Source of the DNA: Methanothermus fervidus DSM 2088
Lineage (GTDB): Archaea > Methanobacteriota > Methanobacteria > DSM-2088 > Methanothermaceae
DNA: 32,000 bases
Direction: 5' to 3'
NCBI GenBank assembly: GCA_000166095.1
Contig: CP002278.1
Span: forward strand, 990,001 to 1,022,000
Shown here: positions 1 through 8,518 of the stretch, piece after piece
How the letters are laid out: each line of letters starts with the position of its first letter
Position numbering within the stretch: the stretch's first letter is position 1
Notes under the pieces: generated by a model
Databases searched by the model: none
Told to the model about the DNA's origin: nothing
What the model saw: the letters and a program-made list of their open reading frames with translations, nothing else
Program-made: the position numbers and the translations under genes

Positions 1-310
1 CCTTGTGATTCTAGATATTTTATTGTATAGGAAAGTGGAATGCTATGTGTAGAAGACATCTCATATTCTGCTATTTCTTTTTTATCAATGAATTCTATTT
101 TACCAGGTTTTTTGCCCATGTTTATAGCATCTATAATAAGTATATGACTAGGATCTTCAATCTTTATTTTCCATGTAAATTTATCAGGGGCTGTTCCAGC
201 ATTTAACAAAACAACTTTTTTGTTGTTTGGTAATCTTGAAACAATGTAGGGACCTATACCATCATCTGACCTCAATTCATTTCCAATGCCTAAAATTAAT
301 GCTTTTTCAT
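1..310 (-). CDS. Ni-Fe hydrogenase maturation endopeptidase (HycI/FrhD-like). The 3' end is cut by the window edge and there is an apparent frameshift just after the start codon.
   Basis: Minus-strand translation reads KDYEKALILGIGNELRSDDGIGPYIVSRLPNNKKVVLLNAGTAPDKF...IIDAINMGKKPGKIEF. The GIGNxLRxDDGxG motif is the signature of this protease family. The ATG at 308-310 is out of frame with the body (see finding). Confidence 0.7.
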
Positions 311-315
311 AGTCT

Positions 316-1098
316 TTAAAAAATCTTTTTAATTTTTGCTTTAATTGTATTTAAACCACCACCCATTCTATAAGAAAGAAAAAGTTTTATTGTATCTCCA
401 GCTCTTACTTCCTCATTTTCAACTGGAATAAAAATTGGTGTATTCATCATTGGTGTTGGTCCACAAATTATCTCCTCTGAAATAAGGGTAAAGGTGATTA
501 TCTTAATACCTCTCAAAATTCCACTATTTTTTATTTGCAACCTAATAGTATCTTTAAATTTTTCTTTATTTTTATTTAAAAAAAGTATTTCGTTGTATTT
601 TTTAATTTTTCCCAAACTTTTGTATTCCATACCTTTTCTTTCATAAATTATGTGGGGAATGTTTGCATCCACAGGTTCAACACAATTTATGACTCCTAGT
701 GGGATAACATTGCCATTTTCTTTTAGAAATGTTATAGCTTTGTTCATAACTGGAACTTGTTTTTCATCGATTAATGCAGTATCTAACATTTCACAGATAA
801 TTGTATCAGCATATTCTGGAAATTCAAACTCAAAAACATCTTTATTAATTACTTTAACATTTTTAAAATTATATAAATTCTTCTTTGCATAATTAGCTAT
901 TTTTTCATTTTTTTCTATTGCAAAAATAAATTTTGCGTGAGGCGCTGCAAAATATGAAAATATTCCACTACCTGTACCTAAATCATATACAATACCTTTT
1001 GCTAATTTCTTTATTGCTTCATAAAATGCTGACAATCTTTCAGTGTCTTTTAATAAATTATAATGATAGGGTGTAACAAAAAATTTACACTTCTTCAT
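316..1098 (-). CDS. Class I SAM-dependent methyltransferase with a PRMT-like (protein arginine methyltransferase-like) sequence pattern
   Basis: 260-aa ORF. N-terminal HYNLLKDTERLSAFYEAI resembles the PRMT pre-motif H..MLKD..R..Y. Motif I is VYDLGTGSGIFS. CEMLDTALIDE has two Glu spaced i/i+9, like the PRMT double-E loop. The start overlaps the nikR stop by 14 nt. Confidence 0.7.
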   Translation of the reverse strand: MKKCKFFVTPYHYNLLKDTERLSAFYEAIKKLAKGIVYDLGTGSGIFSYFAAPHAKFIFAIEKNEKIANYAKKNLYNFKNVKVINKDVFEFEFPEYADTIICEMLDTALIDEKQVPVMNKAITFLKENGNVIPLGVINCVEPVDANIPHIIYERKGMEYKSLGKIKKYNEILFLNKNKEKFKDTIRLQIKNSGILRGIKIITFTLISEEIICGPTPMMNTPIFIPVENEEVRAGDTIKLFLSYRMGGGLNTIKAKIKKIF

Positions 1099-1507
1099 CT
1101 ATTTCTTTTCCTGTTGAAGTACTTGTTAAGCGTACATGTTCAACGCCTTTTAATCGCATTAATTTCTCTGTTAGTTCCCTGATCTTTGCCACATCTCCTT
1201 TTGTAACAAGTACTTCAAGGCAATGTTTATCTGTCAAATGTACATGCATGCTAGCATTTATGTATTTTCTGTATTCATGTTGTACATCTGAGATTTCTTC
1301 AACAATGCCTTTATATTCTTTGTTGTAAATTACTGCAATAACACCAATTCTTTCTCCTTCCATCTCATGCATCCACTGATATCTTACTATATAATCTTTT
1401 ATTGCATCTCTTATTCCTTTTGATCTAGATTGGTATCCTCTATTTCTTAATATTTCATCAAACTCTTCTAACAATTTTTTAGGTAGAGACATACTAATCC
1501 TCATCAT
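1085..1507 (-). CDS. nikR: Nickel-responsive transcriptional regulator NikR (ribbon-helix-helix plus ACT-like Ni-binding domain)
   Basis: RISMSLPKKLLEEFDEIL...GYQSRSKGIRDAI is the RHH N-terminus. HVHLTDKHCLEV matches the NikR high-affinity Ni-site motif (H-x-H-x5-C). The start was moved to the ATG at 1507 because the track's GTG at 1516 lies inside the SD GGAGGTGAT (1512-1520). Confidence 0.9.
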   Translation of the reverse strand: MMRISMSLPKKLLEEFDEILRNRGYQSRSKGIRDAIKDYIVRYQWMHEMEGERIGVIAVIYNKEYKGIVEEISDVQHEYRKYINASMHVHLTDKHCLEVLVTKGDVAKIRELTEKLMRLKGVEHVRLTSTSTGKEIDEEV

Positions 1508-1511
1508 TAAT

Positions 1512-1520
1512 ATCACCTCC
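1512..1520 (-). promoter_or_regulatory. Shine-Dalgarno site of nikR (GGAGGTGAT)
   Basis: Plus strand atcacctcc is GGAGGTGAT on the minus strand, 4-5 nt upstream of the ATG at 1507. Confidence 0.7.
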
Positions 1521-1821
1521 CCTAATACAATAATAAGTTAATACTTATATTTAAATATTCATAATAAATTAATACTAGTTATTTTAATTAAATTAAAAAA
1601 TAGAATCAAATAATTATCTGTATGAATTAAAAAATTAATAGAAGCATGAAAACCGTTAAAAAAACAGCTTGATATGTTTTATTTTTTCTTTTACATTTAT
1701 CTCTAAAATTATTGTGTTATAATTAATACAATTATTAATATAATTAATATTTGTGTAATACTTAATTTTATATTTTTAATATCAGGAGAGATTAAAAGTA
1801 ATAAAAGAACAACAATATTCC

Positions 1822-3105
1822 TTATATTCTCTTAGCTAAAAACCTTAATAACTTATAAACAGAATCTGTAGAGGGATGAACTTCTATAAAATTGTCAAAA
1901 TCCTGAACTTTACTTCCAAGCCTCAATAAATGGGAAAGGTATGCTACATAATCTCTACCAATAGGTGATACTGCATATACTCGAGATATTTCTCCAGTAT
2001 TTAAATCTACAGAAACTTTACTTAACCCTGTATTTTTGTTTAAAACTTCCCAGAAGGATCCTGGACCAGCTGGTCCAGGCATTTTAGCATTTACAAGTTT
2101 TTTATTTTTATTTTCATCTATAAATGCTACATCATATTTGAGAGATATTGAGTTGGGTATATAATCATATCTCATCCTTGTTTCAATTCCAGCTGCATTT
2201 CTTGCAGCTACTATACCTTCCATCCTTGCAACAGGCGTATTTTTAGCTCTATTAGTTACAGCTCCAGCTGCATAAACATTTTTCATGCTTGTTTCCATTT
2301 TTTCATTGACTATTATATGTTCTTTAGAATCTTTTTTGACATTGACAATTTTTGAGTTAGGTGTTACGCCTGTAGCCAAAAATGTTTTACCTTCTATTTT
2401 TCCTTTGCTAGTTTCAATATATTCCTCACCTATTTTTAAGGTTTTTGTATTTTCATAAATTTTTACGTCATCTAAAAGCTTTTCAACCACATATTTTTTA
2501 ATTTCAGGGTCTAAATTTTTTAAAAATTTACTCCTGCAAATCACGTTAACTTTGCATCCAAACCTAGAAAAAATATAAGCAAATTCTGATGCAGTATGTC
2601 CTCCACCCACAATATTTATAACTTCTGGGAGTTCATCAATTTCAAGGACATCTCTGTAAGTTATTGCATTTTCAACGCCATCTATTGGAGGTATATGTGG
2701 TTTTATTCCAGTTGCAACTATCAATTTATCATAACTTATTTTTTCTCCATCTACTTGTACTTTGTCTTCAATAACTTTTGCTTCGCCATATATAATTTCT
2801 ACACCAGATTCTTTAGTTTCCTTCTCATTTATCTTCCTAATTGTCTTAATTGTCTTTTTTAATTTCTTCAATAGATGTTTGTATTTTATTTCACACTCAA
2901 AATCAATTATTCCATGATTTTTTAAATTTTTGGCGTTATCTATGAAACGTGCAATGTCATTTAAGCCACATACAACCATACATCCCTCATTTAGGCATGT
3001 ACCACCCATATATTTTTTTTCAATCAATAAGGTTTCCTTGTTAAGCGCTGCTAACTCCATTGCTGCAAATCTTCCTGCTGGTCCTCCTCCAATTATTACA
3101 TACAA
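1822..3105 (-). CDS. FAD-dependent pyridine nucleotide-disulfide oxidoreductase (class I, dihydrolipoamide dehydrogenase/glutathione reductase-like)
   Basis: The N-terminus VIIGGGPAGRFAA is a Rossmann GxGxxG. GGTCLNEGCMVVC is the redox-active CxxxxC. A second dinucleotide fold is INIVGGGHTASEFA. The C-terminal HPSTDS resembles the HPTxSE dimer-interface motif. Confidence 0.8.
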   Translation of the reverse strand: MYVIIGGGPAGRFAAMELAALNKETLLIEKKYMGGTCLNEGCMVVCGLNDIARFIDNAKNLKNHGIIDFECEIKYKHLLKKLKKTIKTIRKINEKETKESGVEIIYGEAKVIEDKVQVDGEKISYDKLIVATGIKPHIPPIDGVENAITYRDVLEIDELPEVINIVGGGHTASEFAYIFSRFGCKVNVICRSKFLKNLDPEIKKYVVEKLLDDVKIYENTKTLKIGEEYIETSKGKIEGKTFLATGVTPNSKIVNVKKDSKEHIIVNEKMETSMKNVYAAGAVTNRAKNTPVARMEGIVAARNAAGIETRMRYDYIPNSISLKYDVAFIDENKNKKLVNAKMPGPAGPGSFWEVLNKNTGLSKVSVDLNTGEISRVYAVSPIGRDYVAYLSHLLRLGSKVQDFDNFIEVHPSTDSVYKLLRFLAKRI

Positions 3106-3168
3106 TTCAATCCCTCACACGATAACTTAATAAACTTTAAGTATTTCTATACTCCAATAAATAAATAA

Positions 3169-3175
3169 GAGGTGA
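3169..3175 (+). promoter_or_regulatory. Shine-Dalgarno site of hypC (GAGGTGA)
   Basis: GAGGTGA lies 7 nt upstream of the ATG at 3183. Confidence 0.7.
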
Positions 3176-3182
3176 GAAAGTA

Positions 3183-3422
3183 ATGTGTATTGCGGCCCCT
3201 GCTAAAATTGTTGATATCAATAAAAATAAAAAGATGGCAACTGTTGATTTTGGCGGTGTAAAACAAAAAATAAGGATAGATCTAGTTGAAGATGAAGTAG
3301 ATATTGGAACTTATGTTCTAGTACATTCAGGATATGCCATTGAAGTTATGTCTGAAAAAGCTGCCAAAGAGTCACTTGAAGTATGGGAAGAAATGATGCA
3401 TCAACTTAATTCTAAAGAATAA
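3183..3422 (+). CDS. hypC: Hydrogenase assembly chaperone HypC/HupF
   Basis: 79 aa. The N-terminal MCIAAPAKIV (the essential Cys2 motif MC[IL]xxP) is followed by the typical GDYVLVHxGxAI-like segment (GTYVLVHSGYAI). Confidence 0.9.
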   Translation: MCIAAPAKIVDINKNKKMATVDFGGVKQKIRIDLVEDEVDIGTYVLVHSGYAIEVMSEKAAKESLEVWEEMMHQLNSKE

Positions 3423-3429
3423 TAATTTT

Positions 3430-3447
3430 AATCAAATATTTTTGATT
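3430..3447 (+). terminator. Hairpin plus T-rich tract just after the hypC stop (candidate terminator)
   Basis: AATCAAA-tatt-TTTGATT forms a 7-bp perfect stem, followed by ttatttaaaattt. It begins 8 nt after the hypC stop. Confidence 0.3.
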
Positions 3448-3649
3448 TTATTTAAAATTTCATCAAAAAATATATAATTTTAATTTTACAATTAAATATA
3501 TAAAAGGTAAAAATGTAAAATTCTAAAATTCTGATACCTATCATAGCAAAAAAGTAACTTTGCTATATTTTAAATCAAAATATTAAAATTTAATAATTAA
3601 AAAAATAATGAAAAATCATTAAGTAATTTTTTGTGCCAGGTGAAAGGCA

Positions 3650-4171
3650 ATGTTAGAAAAACATGGCATTATTGATGAATTACTAGAGGATCTAAGTGAA
3701 GAAGAAAAGAAAAATAGCTTATTAATAATAAAATGTTTGGAAAATGGCTTAACAACAGACGAGGAAATTGCAGAGAACATTGACATCAAGTTAAACAAAG
3801 TGCGAAAAATTCTTTACATGCTTTATGATAGAGGAATAGTTAGTTACAGACGTAGTAAGGATCCAAAAACACAATGGTACAGATATAGTTGGAAATTTGA
3901 GCCAGAGAAATTAGAAAGAATTATAAAAAGAAAGCATGAGAAAATTGTAAGAAGCCTTGAAAAAACATTAGAATTTGAGAAAAATAACATATTTTTTGAA
4001 TGTGAGAATGGAGATTTCAGATGTACTTTTGAAGAAGCAATGGAATATAATTTCCACTGTCCAAAATGTAATTCAAAGTTAGAATATATTGACAACTCTG
4101 AAATCATCAATGAAATCGAAAGAAAAATAAATTTTTACAGGAACAACGGGTCAAATAATGTCGAAGAATAA
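3650..4171 (+). CDS. tfe: Transcription factor E, alpha subunit (TFE, archaeal TFIIE-alpha homologue)
   Basis: A winged-helix N-terminal region (TDEEIAENIDIKLNKVRKILYMLYDRGIVSYRR...QWYRYSWKF) is followed by a Zn-ribbon-like CxxxxxxC...CPKC. The size of 173 aa is typical. Confidence 0.85.
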   Translation: MLEKHGIIDELLEDLSEEEKKNSLLIIKCLENGLTTDEEIAENIDIKLNKVRKILYMLYDRGIVSYRRSKDPKTQWYRYSWKFEPEKLERIIKRKHEKIVRSLEKTLEFEKNNIFFECENGDFRCTFEEAMEYNFHCPKCNSKLEYIDNSEIINEIERKINFYRNNGSNNVEE

Positions 4172-4664
4172 ATCTAAGATTTTTAAATTATACAAAGAAG
4201 TAAATTTACCAGAAAATGTAATTGAGCATTGTAAAGTCGTAGCTGAAAGGGCTCTTGAACTTTCAACAAGATTTAATAATGTAGATAGAGAGTTAGTATT
4301 GAGTGGTGCCCTATTACATGATATAGGTAGATCAAAAACACATGGAATTGACCATGGGATAGTAGGTGCTAAAATATTGCGAAAAAAAGGTTATCCTGAA
4401 GAGATTATTAGAATTGTTGAAAGACATATAGGTGCGGGTATACCTAAAAATGAAGCTATAAAACTTGGATTACCTCCTAAAGATTACATTCCAGAAACTC
4501 TTGAAGAAAAAATAGTTGCTCATGCAGATAATTTGGTTAATGGCAACAAAAAGGTAGATATTCATTATGTTTTAAAAAAATGGGAATCTAAATTTGGGAG
4601 AGATCATCCCGCAATAAAAAGATTAAAAAAATTACATAAAGAATTAACTGGTGAGGATGTTTAA
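4158..4664 (+). CDS. HD-domain metal-dependent phosphohydrolase (HDIG-type)
   Basis: Contains LLHDIGR, ERHIGAG and VAHADNL (the H...HD...H...D pattern). It overlaps the tfe stop by 14 nt, suggesting an operon. Confidence 0.75.
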   Translation: MSKNKSKIFKLYKEVNLPENVIEHCKVVAERALELSTRFNNVDRELVLSGALLHDIGRSKTHGIDHGIVGAKILRKKGYPEEIIRIVERHIGAGIPKNEAIKLGLPPKDYIPETLEEKIVAHADNLVNGNKKVDIHYVLKKWESKFGRDHPAIKRLKKLHKELTGEDV

Positions 4665-5582
4665 TTATTTTTTTAACCGTCTAATTTTCACAGCCACTCC
4701 ATAATCAGCTTTTACCATTTCATTTCCACTTAAGACGGCTTTTCCCACACCTACAATATCTCCTTTGTAAGTTACAATCACTTCATCTCTTGGTACTATT
4801 GACTCATCTGCTTCTATAACGCCTGGAGCAAATATTTTATTTGTTTTGGGTTTGAAATCAATTTCTACCTGTTTTGTTCCCAATTCTAGCAATCTTTTTC
4901 CACCTTCTAATGTAAGATTATATAATCCAAAATTCTTAGACAAAGTACAAATATGGTTTCTATTTTCATCTAGTATGATTTTATTTCTCCTACCTCTAAC
5001 TCTACAATTTTCTGGTATTAAAATCTCAGCTCCTTTTCCAAATTGATATATAGCTATAGATTTGAGTTTATGTAACAATAATTTTTTACGTGGAATTTTC
5101 TCATATTTAGACAATTCTGTTCTCAAATTATTCATCGATTCTTTAGATATAGGTGACTTATCTTCACAGGTGAATATACATTCATCTAAATACTCTTCAC
5201 ATACTTCTTTATATCCGCCTACAACATGTGCAATTACTTTTTTGTCTCCCACATATTTTTTTAATAATTCTCCAACAACCTTTTTCTCCTCGAAATACCA
5301 TTCCCCTGTGGTTGAAACATCATAAGCACGTATAGGATATGTTTCTTCCATTTCTCTTGGACAAATTCCAAAAGGAGATGTTAATATAAGCTCTTGATAA
5401 CCTTTAGTTACTCTTCTAAAAATTTGATGACTTAATGATCTCGAATATGGTTTTGTAGCACTACATGGCAATATAACTATTGGTTCATCAATTGGTTTTA
5501 ATAATTCCATTCTTTTTCTCCATCTTATAGCCTCAGGCCTATAAAGTGATTCTTCTATACTACATAAAATCAAATTCAACAC
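4665..5582 (-). CDS. DUF5591 plus C-terminal PUA-domain protein. It resembles the C-terminal half of archaeosine synthase ArcS and lacks the TGT-like catalytic half.
   Basis: VILPCSATKPYSRS matches the LLPCSxxKPY motif of the ArcS/DUF5591 region. The C-terminal APGVIEADESIVPRDEVIVTYKGDIVGVGKAVLSGNEM is PUA-like. It overlaps the upstream gene by 7 nt. Confidence 0.55.
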   Translation of the reverse strand: MLNLILCSIEESLYRPEAIRWRKRMELLKPIDEPIVILPCSATKPYSRSLSHQIFRRVTKGYQELILTSPFGICPREMEETYPIRAYDVSTTGEWYFEEKKVVGELLKKYVGDKKVIAHVVGGYKEVCEEYLDECIFTCEDKSPISKESMNNLRTELSKYEKIPRKKLLLHKLKSIAIYQFGKGAEILIPENCRVRGRRNKIILDENRNHICTLSKNFGLYNLTLEGGKRLLELGTKQVEIDFKPKTNKIFAPGVIEADESIVPRDEVIVTYKGDIVGVGKAVLSGNEMVKADYGVAVKIRRLKK

Positions 5583-6421
5583 CTTTCATTTACTTTCCTA
5601 ATAATAATTGCTGGTACATGTTTTATCGTGTTAAGCATCTTTATATCCACATTTTCTCTTCCAAAAAATTCTTCCATGTCATAAACAGTTTCAAATGTGT
5701 TGAATTTCTCTTGGATTTTTTCAGCTATTTTTGAAATTTTAATTAGTTTAGTTACAGGTAATTCTTTAGAGGAAGCTATTGGTGTAGGTCCTATCTTTTT
5801 CCCAAACCTTCCAAGTAAATAAGCTAAAAACCCTAAATTGGATTTTATGCCTCTAACAGCTATAGGTAACGATGTTATTAATTTTCCAAAAACTTTGTAT
5901 GTTGCATCAGTGTCAACGATTACAACAGTGACTTTTTTATTCCATCTCTCTAAAATTTCTTTAGAAATATATTTTGCAATATTCTTTGGATTTTTTGGTA
6001 AAGGTGCTACATAAGTGTCTGGAACATTGCTTAGATCAACTCCTGCTTCAGAACTTGGTTTTAATGCATGTAACCACCCATAATGTCTTAAAATAAATTC
6101 TTTAAGGTTTCTAGCTTCTGGTGGTAGTTTCCTCAAATTTTTTATGGTTCTAGATTTTATCCTAAATATCGGACCAAGAAAATACCCCCACAAAAATTTT
6201 GACCAAATTTCGGCAAGAAATATTGCACTTAAGGAAGGTTTATACTTCAAAATATCATAAATTCTTCCTTGAGCAATTGCAATCGGAGTCTCAGAAATTA
6301 CTAAAAAATCGTTGTTCTTAAGCAATGGTCCAGCACGCCTGATTATTACCTCAAAACCTTCGTTTGGCTTAATGTATCTAGTTTTCACAGGTATTGCTTC
6401 ATATTTCATAAGGGTCTCCAA
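5576..6421 (-). CDS. F420-0:gamma-glutamyl ligase (CofE) family protein, a divergent paralogue of unknown substrate
   Basis: [49 protein letters not shown] aligns with the CofE core as I recall it (NAGIDASNV...LLPP.DPD.SA..LR..I....G..VGVIITDT.GR). The N-terminal [17 protein letters not shown] resembles GDVLVV..K.VSKAEGR, and the C-terminal VPAIIIRK resembles IPAVVVRG. Confidence 0.75.
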   Translation of the reverse strand: METLMKYEAIPVKTRYIKPNEGFEVIIRRAGPLLKNNDFLVISETPIAIAQGRIYDILKYKPSLSAIFLAEIWSKFLWGYFLGPIFRIKSRTIKNLRKLPPEARNLKEFILRHYGWLHALKPSSEAGVDLSNVPDTYVAPLPKNPKNIAKYISKEILERWNKKVTVVIVDTDATYKVFGKLITSLPIAVRGIKSNLGFLAYLLGRFGKKIGPTPIASSKELPVTKLIKISKIAEKIQEKFNTFETVYDMEEFFGRENVDIKMLNTIKHVPAIIIRKVNERC

Positions 6422-7047
6422 ACCTTTAGATCAATGCTTTCTATTTTTGCTTTTCTACCTTCCATTTCTACAACTACTCCACTATGTACTTTTTGCATCA
6501 TACAATGCTTTGGTATAAATCTAACGGTTTTGCCAACTTTTGGTATTTTTCCATTAACTCTTCCTATAAACCCAAGCACTAAACACAAACCAATATCTTT
6601 AAATTTAAAATTTTTATCTCCTAAACGATGTTTAGGTCCAACTATATGTACAGTGATTAAGCCATTTTCTTCTTTTAATATCTCAGCAAAATGTGTAATT
6701 GGACATCCAAGAGGTCTATACCTTATAATATCTCCTTCTTTTAATTTTACATCAGAAAATGGATATAAAATTTCTCTACAAGATTTTTCGTTTTTCAAAG
6801 GTTCTAAAACAAAATCAGCCGTATAATTATCTATTAACCCAACTATTTCTTTTTCTATTTCTGGTTTTTCCTCAACTAATTTTTTTAGTTCATGTAATTT
6901 GTCTGTATCCAAAAAACGACATCTTTGAATGTCTAACCCCTGTTTGATCACTGCTTTTGCAAAATCTTCACATCTCTGAAATCCACATATCCCACAATTG
7001 TATCCTGGAAGAAGATTTACAATTTCTTCTAATTTTCTTGTTCCCAT
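6406..7047 (-). CDS. Fe-S cluster-binding protein with an RnfB-type N-terminal Cys motif. The C-terminal domain is uncharacterised.
   Basis: [21 protein letters not shown] is the CxxCxxxxC pattern of the putative Fe-S domain found at the RnfB N-terminus, followed by an additional QRCRF. The remaining roughly 160 aa have no motif I recognise. Confidence 0.5.
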   Translation of the reverse strand: MGTRKLEEIVNLLPGYNCGICGFQRCEDFAKAVIKQGLDIQRCRFLDTDKLHELKKLVEEKPEIEKEIVGLIDNYTADFVLEPLKNEKSCREILYPFSDVKLKEGDIIRYRPLGCPITHFAEILKEENGLITVHIVGPKHRLGDKNFKFKDIGLCLVLGFIGRVNGKIPKVGKTVRFIPKHCMMQKVHSGVVVEMEGRKAKIESIDLKVWRPL

Positions 7048-7049
7048 GT

Positions 7050-7760
7050 TTATTCTCCCTCATATCTTTGGAAACCATCGATATTACGTAATACTCCACG
7101 ATGATATTTTTTTCCAATTCTTCTTTCACCAACGCAAAGTGTGCAAATAGCTAATGGAGCTGAGTATCTTAATTTTTCATTTTTTAACGATAAATCCTTT
7201 GTTTTTGTAATTTCAAATGCTAATTTTGCACATCCCTGTCCACTCAACCCATTAGCTTCAATTATTTTTGATTCTGGATTAACCTCAATTATCCTCTCTC
7301 TAAAAATCTCTCTTTCTGCCTGTGAAATTAAATCTCCTTTAGTTATCACAACAATGTCTGCAGTTGATAAAAAAGGACCTACTTTTAGTGGTGTATTTGG
7401 ACCTTGAGTAGCATCTATTACACAAACTCCCAAACAATTTTGAGTATATGGAGCACATCGATGACATAAACCAGCAGTCTCAACTATTAATAAATCAGAT
7501 TCATTTTCTCTTGCCCAATGAATCATTTCTTCAATATTAAAAATTGTAAAGTGATCTGGACACATGTCCATAGCAAGTCCTAGTTTTGTTGGAATATCTA
7601 ACTTCTTAAAAACTTTATCATCTTCGCTATGGAGACAATCTACCTTTACTACAGCAGGATTATATCCATTGTCTTTGAGAATTTTTAGAGTATGTGTTAA
7701 TATTGCTGTTTTCCCAGCCCCAGGAGTTCCAGCAACTATTACTAATTTCATTTTTATCAC
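7050..7760 (-). CDS. G3E-family P-loop NTPase (HypB/UreG/CobW-like) with extra Cys/His motifs
   Basis: The Walker A is [24 protein letters not shown] is positionally equivalent to HypB ENVGNLVCPA. The NKxD-like element is ITKGDL. A Cys-rich C-terminus reads [17 protein letters not shown]. The likely start is a few codons in (MKLVIV, around 7751). Confidence 0.7.
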   Translation of the reverse strand: MIKMKLVIVAGTPGAGKTAILTHTLKILKDNGYNPAVVKVDCLHSEDDKVFKKLDIPTKLGLAMDMCPDHFTIFNIEEMIHWARENESDLLIVETAGLCHRCAPYTQNCLGVCVIDATQGPNTPLKVGPFLSTADIVVITKGDLISQAEREIFRERIIEVNPESKIIEANGLSGQGCAKLAFEITKTKDLSLKNEKLRYSAPLAICTLCVGERRIGKKYHRGVLRNIDGFQRYEGE

Positions 7761-8518
7761 ATTGGAACATTTTCTATTTTTTTACCTAGACGCACTTTTT
7801 CTCTTAAGTCCAGGAGTAATTCATCTATTTCATTCAATTTTTGAGAGATATTTTTTTCTTCTTTAGTTGTTTTGATAATTTTCTGCATCCCACCGTTTTT
7901 CATTACAATTCTTTTATCTGTGTTTAAAACCAATGTGGGATCATGTGTTACTATAAATATTATTTTTCCATGCTTAGTTAACACATTTAAAGCTTCATGT
8001 TTTTTAATACCTGCATTTTCAATTTCATCTATTACAACGATTGGAGATTTACTTATCAATGCAATATCAGCTACCATCAGGGCTCTAGATTGACCTCCAC
8101 TCAAAATTGTTAATTTATCTGTTTTTTTAATTGGTTCTCCAGTAAGTTTATTTGCAAGGTCTATAACTTCATCTACACGTTTTTCATCTACATTTCTACA
8201 TTTAGCATGTAATTTCAAAAATTCCTCCACACTCATGTCAGCCAAAAAATTCATGTGCTGTGATAGATGTGCAACTAATTTTTTCTTTGGATTTACACGA
8301 TACTCATAACTAGGCTTTTTATCATTCACTAAAATTTTTCTTTTTGAGAATGTATCTCCTTGTGCCAATTGTTCAATATCATAAATTAATGAGCTTTTTC
8401 CACTACCTGTTGGACCTACCACACCTACAATTTCTCCTTTTTTTACTTTAACTTTCCTAACAGGTTCTTTTTCACCAAATTTATCATATCCACCAATTAT
8501 TGTCAATGAATTTATCAT
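7757..8518 (-). CDS. Single-domain ABC-type ATPase with no cognate permease in the window
   Basis: The Walker A is GPTGSGKSS, the signature is LSGGQSRAL, the Walker B is VVIDEIEN and the H-loop is VTHD. It has 4-nt ATGA-type overlaps with both neighbours. Confidence 0.85.
   Translation of the reverse strand: MINSLTIIGGYDKFGEKEPVRKVKVKKGEIVGVVGPTGSGKSSLIYDIEQLAQGDTFSKRKILVNDKKPSYEYRVNPKKKLVAHLSQHMNFLADMSVEEFLKLHAKCRNVDEKRVDEVIDLANKLTGEPIKKTDKLTILSGGQSRALMVADIALISKSPIVVIDEIENAGIKKHEALNVLTKHGKIIFIVTHDPTLVLNTDKRIVMKNGGMQKIIKTTKEEKNISQKLNEIDELLLDLREKVRLGKKIENVPM

Noticed and set aside
650-892. Antisense or alternative-frame ORFs of 60-200 aa from the track that lie inside longer genes. Examples: 650-892, 2596-2862, 2930-3130, 3844-4110, 4846-5325, 6312-6947, 7141-7866, 7872-8093, 8783-9091, 10798-11232, 16169-16393, 17568-19790, 21569-22261, 22582-22770, 24150-24428, 25572-25841, 25978-26163, 27018-29075, 29933-30127 and 31330-31542.
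   Set aside because: Each lies wholly within a longer ORF that has clear family motifs on the other strand or frame. Their products are low-complexity (F/L/I/S-rich) mirror translations typical of AT-rich DNA. None has an SD or recognisable motifs.
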